From Alkaliphilus sp. (GTDB taxonomy: Bacteria; Bacillota; Clostridia; Peptostreptococcales; NVVX01): DNA of 64,000 nt. The notes beneath the pieces are model-generated. The model was not told the origin of the DNA. It worked only from the letters and a program-made list of their open reading frames with translations, and did no database searches. Numbering within the stretch: the stretch's first letter is position 1; every line of letters begins with the position of its first letter. This document shows positions 29,236 to 37,932 of this stretch, piece after piece. The stretch is from assembly GCA_002733545.1 (NCBI GenBank), contig NVVX01000001.1:45099-109098 (forward strand), given 5' to 3'. The translations under genes were made by a program, and so were the position numbers.

Positions 29236-30774
29236 ATGCAATTAGAAAAATTGTTGAAAAACGTACAAAAAATAAATATAGTTGGAAAAGCCGAAATAAA
29301 CATAGAGAAGATTTGCTATGATTCTAGAAAAATAGAAAAAAACGACATGTTTATATGCATAAAAGGATTCGAGCATGACGGACATTTATTTATTGAAGAG
29401 GCAATAGAAAATGGTGCTACTGTTATTGTTGTTGAAGCAGGGCACAAATGGAAACACAAGGGGACGGTTCTCTTGTGTCTCTCTAAAAGGACACAACAGG
29501 ACACAAGAGAACCGTCCCCTTGTGTTTCTCTTCCTACAATAGTGTATGTAGAAGATACAAGAAAAGCGATGGCAGAGATAGCTAATAATTTTTATGAAAC
29601 TCCTAGTGCTAAGATGAAAATAGTAGGGATAACAGGGACTAATGGAAAGACGTCGGTCTCGTATATGCTTATGGACATACTGAAAAAAAATGGGAACAAA
29701 TCAGGCTTAATAGGAACTATTTCATATACTACAGGCAAAGCTAAACAAACTGCTATGAGGACAACACCAGAATCTATAGACTTGAATAGATTATTAAATG
29801 ACATGGTCGTTAATAATATGGATAGTTGCGTTATGGAAGTATCTTCTCATTCATTAGAGTTGGACAGAGTATGGGGAATTCATTTTAATGTTGGAGTTTT
29901 TACTAATCTCTCATCTGACCACTTAGATTTCCATGGAAATTTAGAAAACTACAAGAATGCAAAGAAAAAACTATTTACTAAAACTGAGCAATTTAATGTG
30001 ATAAATATTGATGACGAAGTAGGAGCAGAAATAGCAAAAGAATTTGACAAATTATCAACACCAGTATTGACGTATGGTATAAATAGTTGTGCTAGTATTT
30101 ATGCCAAGGAGATTAAGCTTACAAACTTGTCAGTGGATTTCGACCTTGTTACACCTACGTTTAATACTAGAGTTAGAATTAATACCCCAGGTTTGTTTAC
30201 AGTATACAATGCGCTTGCTGCTATTTCTAGTGCATACGCCCTAAAGATCTCTGAATCTGCAATTGTTAAAGGCATAACAAGCTTTAGAGGAGTTCCGGGA
30301 AGATTTATGAGAGTGCAAGAATTTAATGAAATTTCTGTAATAGTTGATTACGCACATACTCCCGACGGATTATTGAATGTGCTAAACACAATAAATGCTT
30401 TCAAAAAGAATAGAATTATCACTGTCTTTGGATGTGGTGGAGATAGAGATAAGAAAAAAAGATCTGTCATGGGTAGAATTGCTGGCAAATTGAGCGATTT
30501 TACAATTATAACATCAGATAATCCTAGGTCTGAAAAAGCAGAATTAATAGCATCAATGATAGTAGAAGGAATAAAAGAAACAGATGCTAATTACAAGGTC
30601 ATTCTAAACAGAAAAGACGCAATCAATTATGCAATAAAACATGCAAAAGTAGGAGATACTATTTTAATTGCAGGTAAGGGACATGAAACGACGCAAGTTG
30701 TTGGAGAGAAGACACTCTATTTTAACGATACAGAAACCGCAATTTTAGTGGGTAGAGAAGAGGGTATTATATGA
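29236..30774 (+). CDS. murE: UDP-N-acetylmuramoyl-L-alanyl-D-glutamate--2,6-diaminopimelate ligase MurE, carrying an in-frame repeat insertion
   Basis: GITGTNGKTS; DYAHTPD; and GCGGDRDKKKR followed by DNPR, typical of MurE. The ORF is intact at 512 aa despite the palindromic insertion. Confidence 0.93.
   Translation: MQLEKLLKNVQKINIVGKAEINIEKICYDSRKIEKNDMFICIKGFEHDGHLFIEEAIENGATVIVVEAGHKWKHKGTVLLCLSKRTQQDTREPSPCVSLPTIVYVEDTRKAMAEIANNFYETPSAKMKIVGITGTNGKTSVSYMLMDILKKNGNKSGLIGTISYTTGKAKQTAMRTTPESIDLNRLLNDMVVNNMDSCVMEVSSHSLELDRVWGIHFNVGVFTNLSSDHLDFHGNLENYKNAKKKLFTKTEQFNVINIDDEVGAEIAKEFDKLSTPVLTYGINSCASIYAKEIKLTNLSVDFDLVTPTFNTRVRINTPGLFTVYNALAAISSAYALKISESAIVKGITSFRGVPGRFMRVQEFNEISVIVDYAHTPDGLLNVLNTINAFKKNRIITVFGCGGDRDKKKRSVMGRIAGKLSDFTIITSDNPRSEKAELIASMIVEGIKETDANYKVILNRKDAINYAIKHAKVGDTILIAGKGHETTQVVGEKTLYFNDTETAILVGREEGII
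29442..29528. repeat. REPIN-like palindromic element inside murE: two degenerate 10-mers plus exact 29-bp inverted arms (29451-29479 / 29500-29528) with a 20-nt spacer
   Basis: Left arm gaaacacaaggggacggttctcttgtgtc. The right arm is its exact reverse complement. Each arm is itself a 7-bp-stem mini hairpin: ACACAAG-GGGACGGTTCT-CTTGTGT. Confidence 0.9.
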
Positions 30775-32291
30775 TACAACTAACAATTGAGAGCATTGTA
30801 AATGCGTGTAATGGAATAATAATCCGTAAAGGCGCTAACAACTATATCAAGGGTATTTCAACAGACACACGTAGGATACAACCAGAGATGTTGTTTATTC
30901 CATTAGTAGGTGAAAACTATGATGGACACGACTTTGTTATAGATGCGAGCAAAAAAGGAATTTACGCTACTTTAGTAGAAAAGAACAAGAAACTTACATT
31001 CTTAAATGAATTGGAGAACATCTATGTTATAGAGGTTGAAAACACACTTAAAGCTCTAAAAGACATCAGTAAAAAGTATAAAGAGCGTTTTCAAATACCA
31101 TTCATTGCCGTAACAGGCAGCAATGGCAAGACATCTACTAAGGATATGATTAGCGCAGTTTTGTCTTCAAGATACAAAACTCTTAAGAGTGAAGGCAATT
31201 TTAATAATCAAATAGGTTTACCTCTAACATTGTTTAATTTGGATAAATCTCATGAGTTCGCAGTTTTAGAGATGGGAATGTCGTCATTTGGAGAAATAGA
31301 AGGTCTAGTTGACATAGTTAATCCAAATATAGCTGTGGTTACAAACATTGGCATGGCACATATTGAAAACTTAGGAAGTAAAGAGAACATAATGAAAGCA
31401 AAAATGGAAATATCTAAAAATCTATCAGAAGAAGATATTCTATTATTTAACGGAGATGATGAGTACTTAAAGTCTATACAACACAAGGAACACATGGAAC
31501 ACATGGAACACATGGGGACGGTTCTTCTGTGTTGCTCTGAACTTGATTGCAACAACACAGAAGAACCGTCCCCGTGTGTTCAACAGAACGACACAGAAGA
31601 ACCGTCCCCTTGTGTTCCAAGATATAAAGCTATCAGTTTTGGAATGGATAAAACTAATGACTTTTATCCTGAAAAAATATATGATTTAGGGGATAAAGGA
31701 GTTGCTTTTGATATACTCATTAATAGGGAGACAGAAAAATTCTACATAAAGCAACCCGGATTACATAATGTTTATAATGCCTTAGTTGCAATTTGGGTAG
31801 GGCTGTTTTATGAAATTACACCTAAAGAAATAAACAAATCCCTACATTCATATATACCAACAAAAATGAGAATGGAAATAATAGAAAATAACAATTGTAA
31901 AATTATTAATGATTGCTACAACGCTAGCCCCAATTCTATGAAAGCAGCTTTGTCTGTATTAGCAAACTCAGTTGGAAAAAGAAAAATAGCAATTTTAGCT
32001 AATATGTTAGAAATGGGAAGATTTTCTGAAAAAGGACACCGATTTGTAGGAAAATGTGTAGCTGAGAATAAGATTGATATTTTGATAACTGTCGGCGAAG
32101 AAGCTAAATGGATAGCTGACGAAGCGAAAAACGCTGGACTTGATAAAAGAAATATATTTAAGGTTGGCAAAATTCAAGAAACAAACCTACTCTTACTAGA
32201 AATTATCAAGCAAGGGGATACTATATTAGTCAAAGGTTCAAGAGGTATGCAAATGGAAAATATTGTCCAACTTTTACTAGAGAGGTGCTAA
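30771..32291 (+). CDS. murF: UDP-N-acetylmuramoyl-tripeptide--D-alanyl-D-alanine ligase MurF, carrying an in-frame repeat insertion
   Basis: Start overlaps the murE stop by 4 nt. VTGSNGKTSTKDM, NFNNQIGLPLTL, DCYNASPNSM, VKGSRGMQME. Confidence 0.93.
   Translation: MIQLTIESIVNACNGIIIRKGANNYIKGISTDTRRIQPEMLFIPLVGENYDGHDFVIDASKKGIYATLVEKNKKLTFLNELENIYVIEVENTLKALKDISKKYKERFQIPFIAVTGSNGKTSTKDMISAVLSSRYKTLKSEGNFNNQIGLPLTLFNLDKSHEFAVLEMGMSSFGEIEGLVDIVNPNIAVVTNIGMAHIENLGSKENIMKAKMEISKNLSEEDILLFNGDDEYLKSIQHKEHMEHMEHMGTVLLCCSELDCNNTEEPSPCVQQNDTEEPSPCVPRYKAISFGMDKTNDFYPEKIYDLGDKGVAFDILINRETEKFYIKQPGLHNVYNALVAIWVGLFYEITPKEINKSLHSYIPTKMRMEIIENNNCKIINDCYNASPNSMKAALSVLANSVGKRKIAILANMLEMGRFSEKGHRFVGKCVAENKIDILITVGEEAKWIADEAKNAGLDKRNIFKVGKIQETNLLLLEIIKQGDTILVKGSRGMQMENIVQLLLERC
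31480..31618. repeat. Same repeat family inside murF: four tandem 9-mers (AACACAWGG), one forward core unit (31506-31534) and two reverse core units (31553-31581, 31590-31618)
   Basis: gaacacatggggacggttcttctgtgttg pairs with caacacagaagaaccgtccccgtgtgttc with one G-U. A third unit is gacacagaagaaccgtccccttgtgttcc. Confidence 0.9.
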
Positions 32292-32297
32292 AAAAAC

Positions 32298-33290
32298 ATG
32301 CAGTTTAAACAACTACTATACATAATAATAATTGCTTTTATAATAACTATGGTTTTAGGTCCGTTAATTATTCCGCATTTAAAAAAACTCAAAGTAGGGC
32401 AAATGATTCGAGAAGATGGGCCTAAGAGTCATAAATCCAAAAGAGGAACTCCTACAATGGGAGGGATAATAATAATTGCTTCAATTTTTGCAACTTCACT
32501 TACCGCAGGAATCATAGATAATGACTTGATTATCGCTCTTGTAGCAACATTGGCTTTTGGTCTAATTGGATTTATAGATGATTTTATTAAAATAGTATTA
32601 AAGCGATCGCTTGGTCTACGAGCATATCAAAAAATGGCATTGCAATTGATAGTTGCTTCCGTATTAGCAATATACCAAGCAAATTCTTCAATAATTGGCA
32701 CAAGAATTATTATACCATTTATTCAGGGGAGTATAGAGATTGGAAATATTGTAATTCCTCAATATTTTGACTTAGGAGTATTTTTTGTTCCTTTTACAGT
32801 GCTAGTTGTTGTTGCAATAGTGAATGCTGTTAATTTAACGGATGGACTAGATGGTTTAGCAACAGGGGTAACACTGATTGTTGCAGCATTTTTCACGTTA
32901 ATTGCATTTAACTGGGGATATACGAGTTTAGCAATATTTGCTGGGGCTCTTACAGGGTCATGTTTAGGCTTTTTAAGATATAATTCGCATCCAGCTCAGA
33001 TTTTTATGGGAGACACTGGATCTCTAGCTTTAGGAGGCGCAATTGCAGCAGTTGCAGTACTAATGAATATTACATTAATTATTCCTATTGTAGGTGGCAT
33101 ATTCTTTGCCGAAACAATATCAGTCATTATCCAAGTTATTTCATATAAAACAACAGGAAAGCGTGTATTTAAAATGAGTCCACTACATCATCACTATGAA
33201 TTAAGTGGGTGGGCAGAAACAAAAATAGTAGTTGTATTTTGGATTATAACAGTTGTGCTTTGTTTATTAGGAGTAATAGCGTTAAGTTAA
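32298..33290 (+). CDS. mraY: Phospho-N-acetylmuramoyl-pentapeptide transferase MraY
   Basis: GTPTMGG, NAVNLTDGLDGLA, MGDTGSLALGG, PLHHHYE. Confidence 0.95.
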   Translation: MQFKQLLYIIIIAFIITMVLGPLIIPHLKKLKVGQMIREDGPKSHKSKRGTPTMGGIIIIASIFATSLTAGIIDNDLIIALVATLAFGLIGFIDDFIKIVLKRSLGLRAYQKMALQLIVASVLAIYQANSSIIGTRIIIPFIQGSIEIGNIVIPQYFDLGVFFVPFTVLVVVAIVNAVNLTDGLDGLATGVTLIVAAFFTLIAFNWGYTSLAIFAGALTGSCLGFLRYNSHPAQIFMGDTGSLALGGAIAAVAVLMNITLIIPIVGGIFFAETISVIIQVISYKTTGKRVFKMSPLHHHYELSGWAETKIVVVFWIITVVLCLLGVIALS

Positions 33291-33313
33291 CGAATAGGAA
33301 AGTGGGTAAAAAA

Positions 33314-34699
33314 ATGTTTTTAGCAGATAAAAGAATACTGATTATAGGATTAGCAGTAACTGGGGTGCCATTGGTGAAAGTATTAAGTAAACTAGGTGCA
33401 AAAATAGTAGTAAATGATATGAAATCTAGAGAAAAGTTAGAAGAATCAATTTTGGAACTCGAAGACTATAAAATAGAATATATTCTTGGAAAACACCCAG
33501 CCAGTCTCGATGAAATTGGTCATATTGACTTAGTAGTTGTTTCTCCAGGAATCCCACTAGAGATTCCTTTCATCAAAAATATTATTAATAATCAAATTGA
33601 GATTATAGGAGAAATTGAACTTGCATATAGATTAACAAAAGCAAGTATAGTAGCCATAACCGGTACTAATGGAAAAACAACTACAACTGCATTGATTGGA
33701 GAAATTTTCAAAAAAGCAAACTTGAAAGCGCATATTGTGGGAAACATTGGAGTTGCAGCTATTTCAAAGGCACTAGAATCTAAACCTGAGGACGTTATGG
33801 TTATGGAAGTGAGTAGTTTTCAACTAGAGACCATAGTAGAATTTCATCCTAAGATATCAGTTTTGCTTAATATAACATCTGACCACCTAGATCGACATAA
33901 GACTATGCAAAATTACAAAAATGCGAAAGCTAATATATTTAATAAGCAAAATAGTAATGATTATGCTGTAATTAATTTTGATGATCCTTTAGTTAGAGAA
34001 ATGAGCAAAAAAATTACTGCAAAGAAAGTTTTTTTTAGTAGAAAGAAGATATTAAATGAAGGGATTTATGTTGAGGACGACAATATCGTAATTTTTTTCG
34101 GAAAAAAAGTAAGGGTAATACAAATTGACAAACTAAAAATACTAGGAAAACACAATCTAGAAAATGCCTTAGCTGCTACAGCTATTGCATATATAATGGG
34201 TATTGAAGCCAGCGCAATTAAAGATACATTAGAAACTTTTGAAGGAGTTAAGCATAGACTTGAATTTGTTGACACTATAAATGGTGTTAAGTTTATTAAT
34301 GACTCAAAAGGTACTAACCCGTGTGCATCTATTAAGGCAATTGAAGCTGTAAAAAAACCAATTATATTAATAGCTGGAGGGATGGATAAAGGTGGAGAGT
34401 TTAGAGAGTTCGTCAAAGCATTCGCTGGTAAAGTAAGTAGGATGTTAGTTTACGGAGAAACTACAGATAAATTATACTGTGCAGCATTAGAAGAAGGTTT
34501 CATAAAAGTGCAGAAAGTATGTGATTTAGAAAAGGCAGTGCGTGTTGCTTTCGAAAATTCTACTTCTGGAGATACAATATTACTTTCACCAGCGTGCGCT
34601 AGCTGGGATATGTATTCGAATTTTGAAAAAAGGGGAGAACATTTCAAAGAAATAGTTTCATCAATAAGGGGTGCTGTAATTGAAGAAAAAAAATCCTAG
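33314..34699 (+). CDS. murD: UDP-N-acetylmuramoylalanine--D-glutamate ligase MurD
   Basis: ATG 33314 gives MFLADKRILIIGLAVTG (Rossmann N-terminus). The track start at 33209 overlaps mraY. ITGTNGKTTT and DSKGTN. Confidence 0.92.
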   Translation: MFLADKRILIIGLAVTGVPLVKVLSKLGAKIVVNDMKSREKLEESILELEDYKIEYILGKHPASLDEIGHIDLVVVSPGIPLEIPFIKNIINNQIEIIGEIELAYRLTKASIVAITGTNGKTTTTALIGEIFKKANLKAHIVGNIGVAAISKALESKPEDVMVMEVSSFQLETIVEFHPKISVLLNITSDHLDRHKTMQNYKNAKANIFNKQNSNDYAVINFDDPLVREMSKKITAKKVFFSRKKILNEGIYVEDDNIVIFFGKKVRVIQIDKLKILGKHNLENALAATAIAYIMGIEASAIKDTLETFEGVKHRLEFVDTINGVKFINDSKGTNPCASIKAIEAVKKPIILIAGGMDKGGEFREFVKAFAGKVSRMLVYGETTDKLYCAALEEGFIKVQKVCDLEKAVRVAFENSTSGDTILLSPACASWDMYSNFEKRGEHFKEIVSSIRGAVIEEKKS

Positions 34700-35798
34700 T
34701 GACTCAACAATAACTCTTGTAGTAGCTTCTCTTGTAGCTATAGGCGTGATAATGGTTTTTAGTTCAAGTTTTGCGTATGCACTAGTTAATATGAATGACG
34801 GATACTTTTTTTTAAAAAGAGTTAGTATGTGGGCAGTTATAGGCTCTATATCAATGTATATTTGTGCTAAAATTCCATACCGCCAATGGAGCAAATTTGC
34901 TAATTTGATACTACTTATTAGCATAGGACTGCTAATAACCGTTTTAACACCAATAGGTACAGAAATCAACGGAGCCAGTCGGTGGATAGTCATAGGTGGA
35001 ATTTCTATTATGCCTTCTGAAATTGCTAAATTTGCTGTAATTATATTTATTCCAATAAGTATTCATAGAAAAAAAGAAACAATCAGGACTTTTTCAAAGG
35101 GAGTAATGCCATATTTACTTATAATTGCTGTTTTTTTCATATTAATATACGAGCAACCAGATTTGAGTACTGCTTTTGTAGTGGCAGTAGTAATAATGTC
35201 AATGCTTTTCGTTGGCGGAATGAGAATGCTGCATTTTGTAACATTGGCTGGTATAGGATTAACGAGTATAGGTGCTATGGTTACATATTTGCTAATGAGT
35301 GGTGATGGGCATATTGCAAGGAGAATAACTTCATTTCTAGATCCTTGGGCAGATCCTCTAGGAAGTGGATTTCAGGCAATACAATCATTACTAGCTTTGG
35401 GAGCGGGAGGTTTGTTTGGTAGAGGGCTTGGCAGAAGTGTTCAAAAACAATTTTACTTGCCAGAACCACAAAATGATTTTATCTTTGCAATTATAGGTGA
35501 AGAACTAGGCTTTATAGGCTGCGTAACGATTTTATTGTTATTTGTTTTATTAATTTGGAGAGGAATAAGAATTGCAATAAATGCTCCTGATTTAGTAGGA
35601 TGCCTAATGGCAACTGGGATTGTTACAATGATAACGGTTCAAGTTATAATTAATGTAGCAGTTGCAACTTCTTCAATGCCTGTTACAGGAATGGCATTAC
35701 CGTTTATAAGTTTTGGAGGGAATTCTCTAGTAATATTCATGGCATTGATAGGAATTTTACTAAACATATCCAAGTATTTGACTAGCGAAGGTGGGTAA
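34680..35798 (+). CDS. ftsW: SEDS-family peptidoglycan polymerase FtsW/SpoVE
   Basis: TTG start overlapping the murD end. About 10 TM helices. GASRWI, PSEIAKF, LPEPQNDFIFA, PFISFGG. Confidence 0.9.
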   Translation: MKKKNPSDSTITLVVASLVAIGVIMVFSSSFAYALVNMNDGYFFLKRVSMWAVIGSISMYICAKIPYRQWSKFANLILLISIGLLITVLTPIGTEINGASRWIVIGGISIMPSEIAKFAVIIFIPISIHRKKETIRTFSKGVMPYLLIIAVFFILIYEQPDLSTAFVVAVVIMSMLFVGGMRMLHFVTLAGIGLTSIGAMVTYLLMSGDGHIARRITSFLDPWADPLGSGFQAIQSLLALGAGGLFGRGLGRSVQKQFYLPEPQNDFIFAIIGEELGFIGCVTILLLFVLLIWRGIRIAINAPDLVGCLMATGIVTMITVQVIINVAVATSSMPVTGMALPFISFGGNSLVIFMALIGILLNISKYLTSEGG

Positions 35799-35889
35799 AG
35801 TGTAACACCTGTGAAGTTTACTCATATTATAACTATGTATTTCATTATACTTTTTCTTAATATGAACAATATTTTGGAGGTGTTTGCAG

Positions 35890-37143
35890 ATGAGCAAGTA
35901 CATTATTGTTGGTGGAAACAAAATTGAAGGAGAATTAAGTATACAAGGGGCAAAAAACGCGGTGTTGCCGCTAATTGCTGCTACTGTGTTAAATAGCAGT
36001 ACGAACATAATACATGACATACCTGAAATAACAGATGTTGAAATAATGATAAAAATATTAGAATCGCTAGGATGTACTGTGAAAAGAGAAAACAAAACGC
36101 TAATTGTTGATTCATCTAGGCTACATAATTATGAAATACCAGAAGTGTACGTAAGAGAAATGAGATCGTCAATAGTATTTTTAGGTGCGATGCTATCAAG
36201 ATTTGGAAAAATAAAAGTAAGCTATCCAGGAGGATGTGAAATTGGTTCAAGACCAATTGATTTACACTTAAGAGCTTTAAAGCAAATGGGTGCAGTTATT
36301 GAAGAAAAACATGGTTTTATAGTATGTGAAACTGTAAACTTAAGAGGATGTGAAATTCAATTAGATTTTCCTAGCGTTGGAGCAACTGAAAATATAATGC
36401 TAGCAGCAGTGCGTTCTCGTGGAACAACAGTAATTAGAAATGCGGCTAGAGAACCTGAAGTCATTGAGTTAGGCAATTATATTAATGCTATGGGAGGAAG
36501 AGTGTTCGGTGCAGGAACCGCAACTATTTTCATACATGGCGTAGAAAAATTACATGAGATTGAATACAAAATCATCCCAGATCGCATAGTTACAGGCACA
36601 TATTTGATTGCTGCAGCTATAACTGGTGGAGAAATTCTTCTCAAAAACGTTGTTCCTGATCACTTACAGTCTGTTGTTTCGAAGCTAAGAGAGACCGGAT
36701 GCATAATTAGAAGTGATAAAAATTCGATTGAATTAAAAACACCTAGAAAGCTTAATTCCCTCGAATCAATTAAAACACTTCCATATCCCGGTTTTCCGAC
36801 TGACATGCAGTCACAAATGATGGCATTAACAACAATTTGTGATGGAACAAGTCTATTTATTGAAAATATTTTTGAAAGTAGATACAAACATGTGAATGAA
36901 CTAATAAGAATGGGTGCAAACATTATACTAGATGGCAGAGTCGCATTAGTTAAGGGTGTGAAAAAATTAACTGGTGCAAGTGTCACTGCAAGAGATTTGA
37001 GAGGGGGGGCATGTCTACTTTTAGCTGGGTTAGCAGCAGAAGGAGAAACAGTTTTAGAAAATGCTCATCATATTGAAAGAGGATACGACAACATACACAA
37101 AGACATTTCAAAAGTTGGAGGAAATATAGTTAAAATACAATAG
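35890..37143 (+). CDS. murA: UDP-N-acetylglucosamine 1-carboxyvinyltransferase MurA
   Basis: RBS GGAGGTG before ATG 35890. GAKNAVLPLIAA, GGCEIGSRPIDLH (catalytic Cys loop), GFPTDMQ. Confidence 0.93.
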   Translation: MSKYIIVGGNKIEGELSIQGAKNAVLPLIAATVLNSSTNIIHDIPEITDVEIMIKILESLGCTVKRENKTLIVDSSRLHNYEIPEVYVREMRSSIVFLGAMLSRFGKIKVSYPGGCEIGSRPIDLHLRALKQMGAVIEEKHGFIVCETVNLRGCEIQLDFPSVGATENIMLAAVRSRGTTVIRNAAREPEVIELGNYINAMGGRVFGAGTATIFIHGVEKLHEIEYKIIPDRIVTGTYLIAAAITGGEILLKNVVPDHLQSVVSKLRETGCIIRSDKNSIELKTPRKLNSLESIKTLPYPGFPTDMQSQMMALTTICDGTSLFIENIFESRYKHVNELIRMGANIILDGRVALVKGVKKLTGASVTARDLRGGACLLLAGLAAEGETVLENAHHIERGYDNIHKDISKVGGNIVKIQ

Positions 37144-37164
37144 CTTAGAAAGATGTGAAGGAAT

Positions 37165-37932
37165 ATGAACAATAAAATTATTAGAAAAAAATTATTACTT
37201 AGAAGAATAACCACAATCTTTCTATTTTTCATTTTGTTTGTTTTATGGACATATTACTATTTTATGCAATCAGATTTTTTTGAATTGCGCGAAGTTCTAG
37301 TTAGTGGGAATAGTATTATAGAAGAAAATGTAGTTGTAAAACTATCTGAATTAGAATTTGGAAGAAACATTTTAAAATACAATCTAACCAATATTGAAAA
37401 TTCAATTTCTACACATCCGTATGTAAAAAATGTAAACGTTAGAAGAAAACTATTTAATACAATTATTATAGATATAACAGAAAGGCTAGAATATGCTATA
37501 ATTATATATATGGGATCAAATATTTATATTGATAAAGATGCTAAAATATTAAAAGCTGATGATAGCTACTTCAAACAAAATCTTCCTCTTATTACTTCAG
37601 TAGAGTTGCTAGATTTTAGCGTAGGCGAATATCTTGTTCTATCTAATGAGAATAAATTAGAAAGAGCATTACAAATAATTCAAGCAGCTAAAGCAACTGA
37701 AATAATAAATTTGATATCGGAGATAAGCCTAAGAGAAGAGAATATTAGAATAATCACTGTAGATGGGATTGAAGTAATAGTTTCAGAAACTGAGTGTCCT
37801 GTCTACATGATGCTAGCACTAGAAGAAATATTAAGCGAGTTAGAATCAATAAACAGAAAAAATGTTATTGTTGATATGAGAAATGATGGGGTTGTTACTG
37901 TAAGAGAAAGAGACGTGCAGGAGGAAGACTGA
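37165..37932 (+). CDS. ftsQ: Cell division protein FtsQ/DivIB (POTRA-containing)
   Basis: N-terminal TM followed by a POTRA-like region (VLVSGNSIIEENVV...HPYVKNVNVRRKLFNTIIIDITER). Conserved position in the dcw cluster. Confidence 0.75.
   Translation: MNNKIIRKKLLLRRITTIFLFFILFVLWTYYYFMQSDFFELREVLVSGNSIIEENVVVKLSELEFGRNILKYNLTNIENSISTHPYVKNVNVRRKLFNTIIIDITERLEYAIIIYMGSNIYIDKDAKILKADDSYFKQNLPLITSVELLDFSVGEYLVLSNENKLERALQIIQAAKATEIINLISEISLREENIRIITVDGIEVIVSETECPVYMMLALEEILSELESINRKNVIVDMRNDGVVTVRERDVQEED

Noticed and set aside
29316-29504. Minus-strand ORFs starting inside the murE and murF repeat elements (29316..29504 and 31250..31558), both containing (K/R)RTVP(L/M)C.
   Set aside because: The shared peptide is a mirror consequence of the palindromic repeat. 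The ORFs are antisense to essential genes and have no RBS. They are noted only as evidence that the element is stop-free on both strands.
31480-31618. Considered whether the tandem 9-mers and repeated hairpin units could be a miniature CRISPR array, or the insert an intein or intervening sequence.
   Set aside because: The units are inverted, not direct. They are only 25-29 nt with 8-20 nt between them, and there are no cas genes. The insert is far too short and lacks intein splice motifs.
33209-33313. Upstream-extended starts offered by the ORF track: murD from 33209, ftsZ from 39841, spoIVA from 54691, pduL from 17838, spoIIGA from 41185 and spoIIP from 48778.
   Set aside because: The extensions overlap upstream genes or non-homologous sequence and lack an RBS. 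Internal starts have good Shine-Dalgarno spacing and give N-termini matching the known families.
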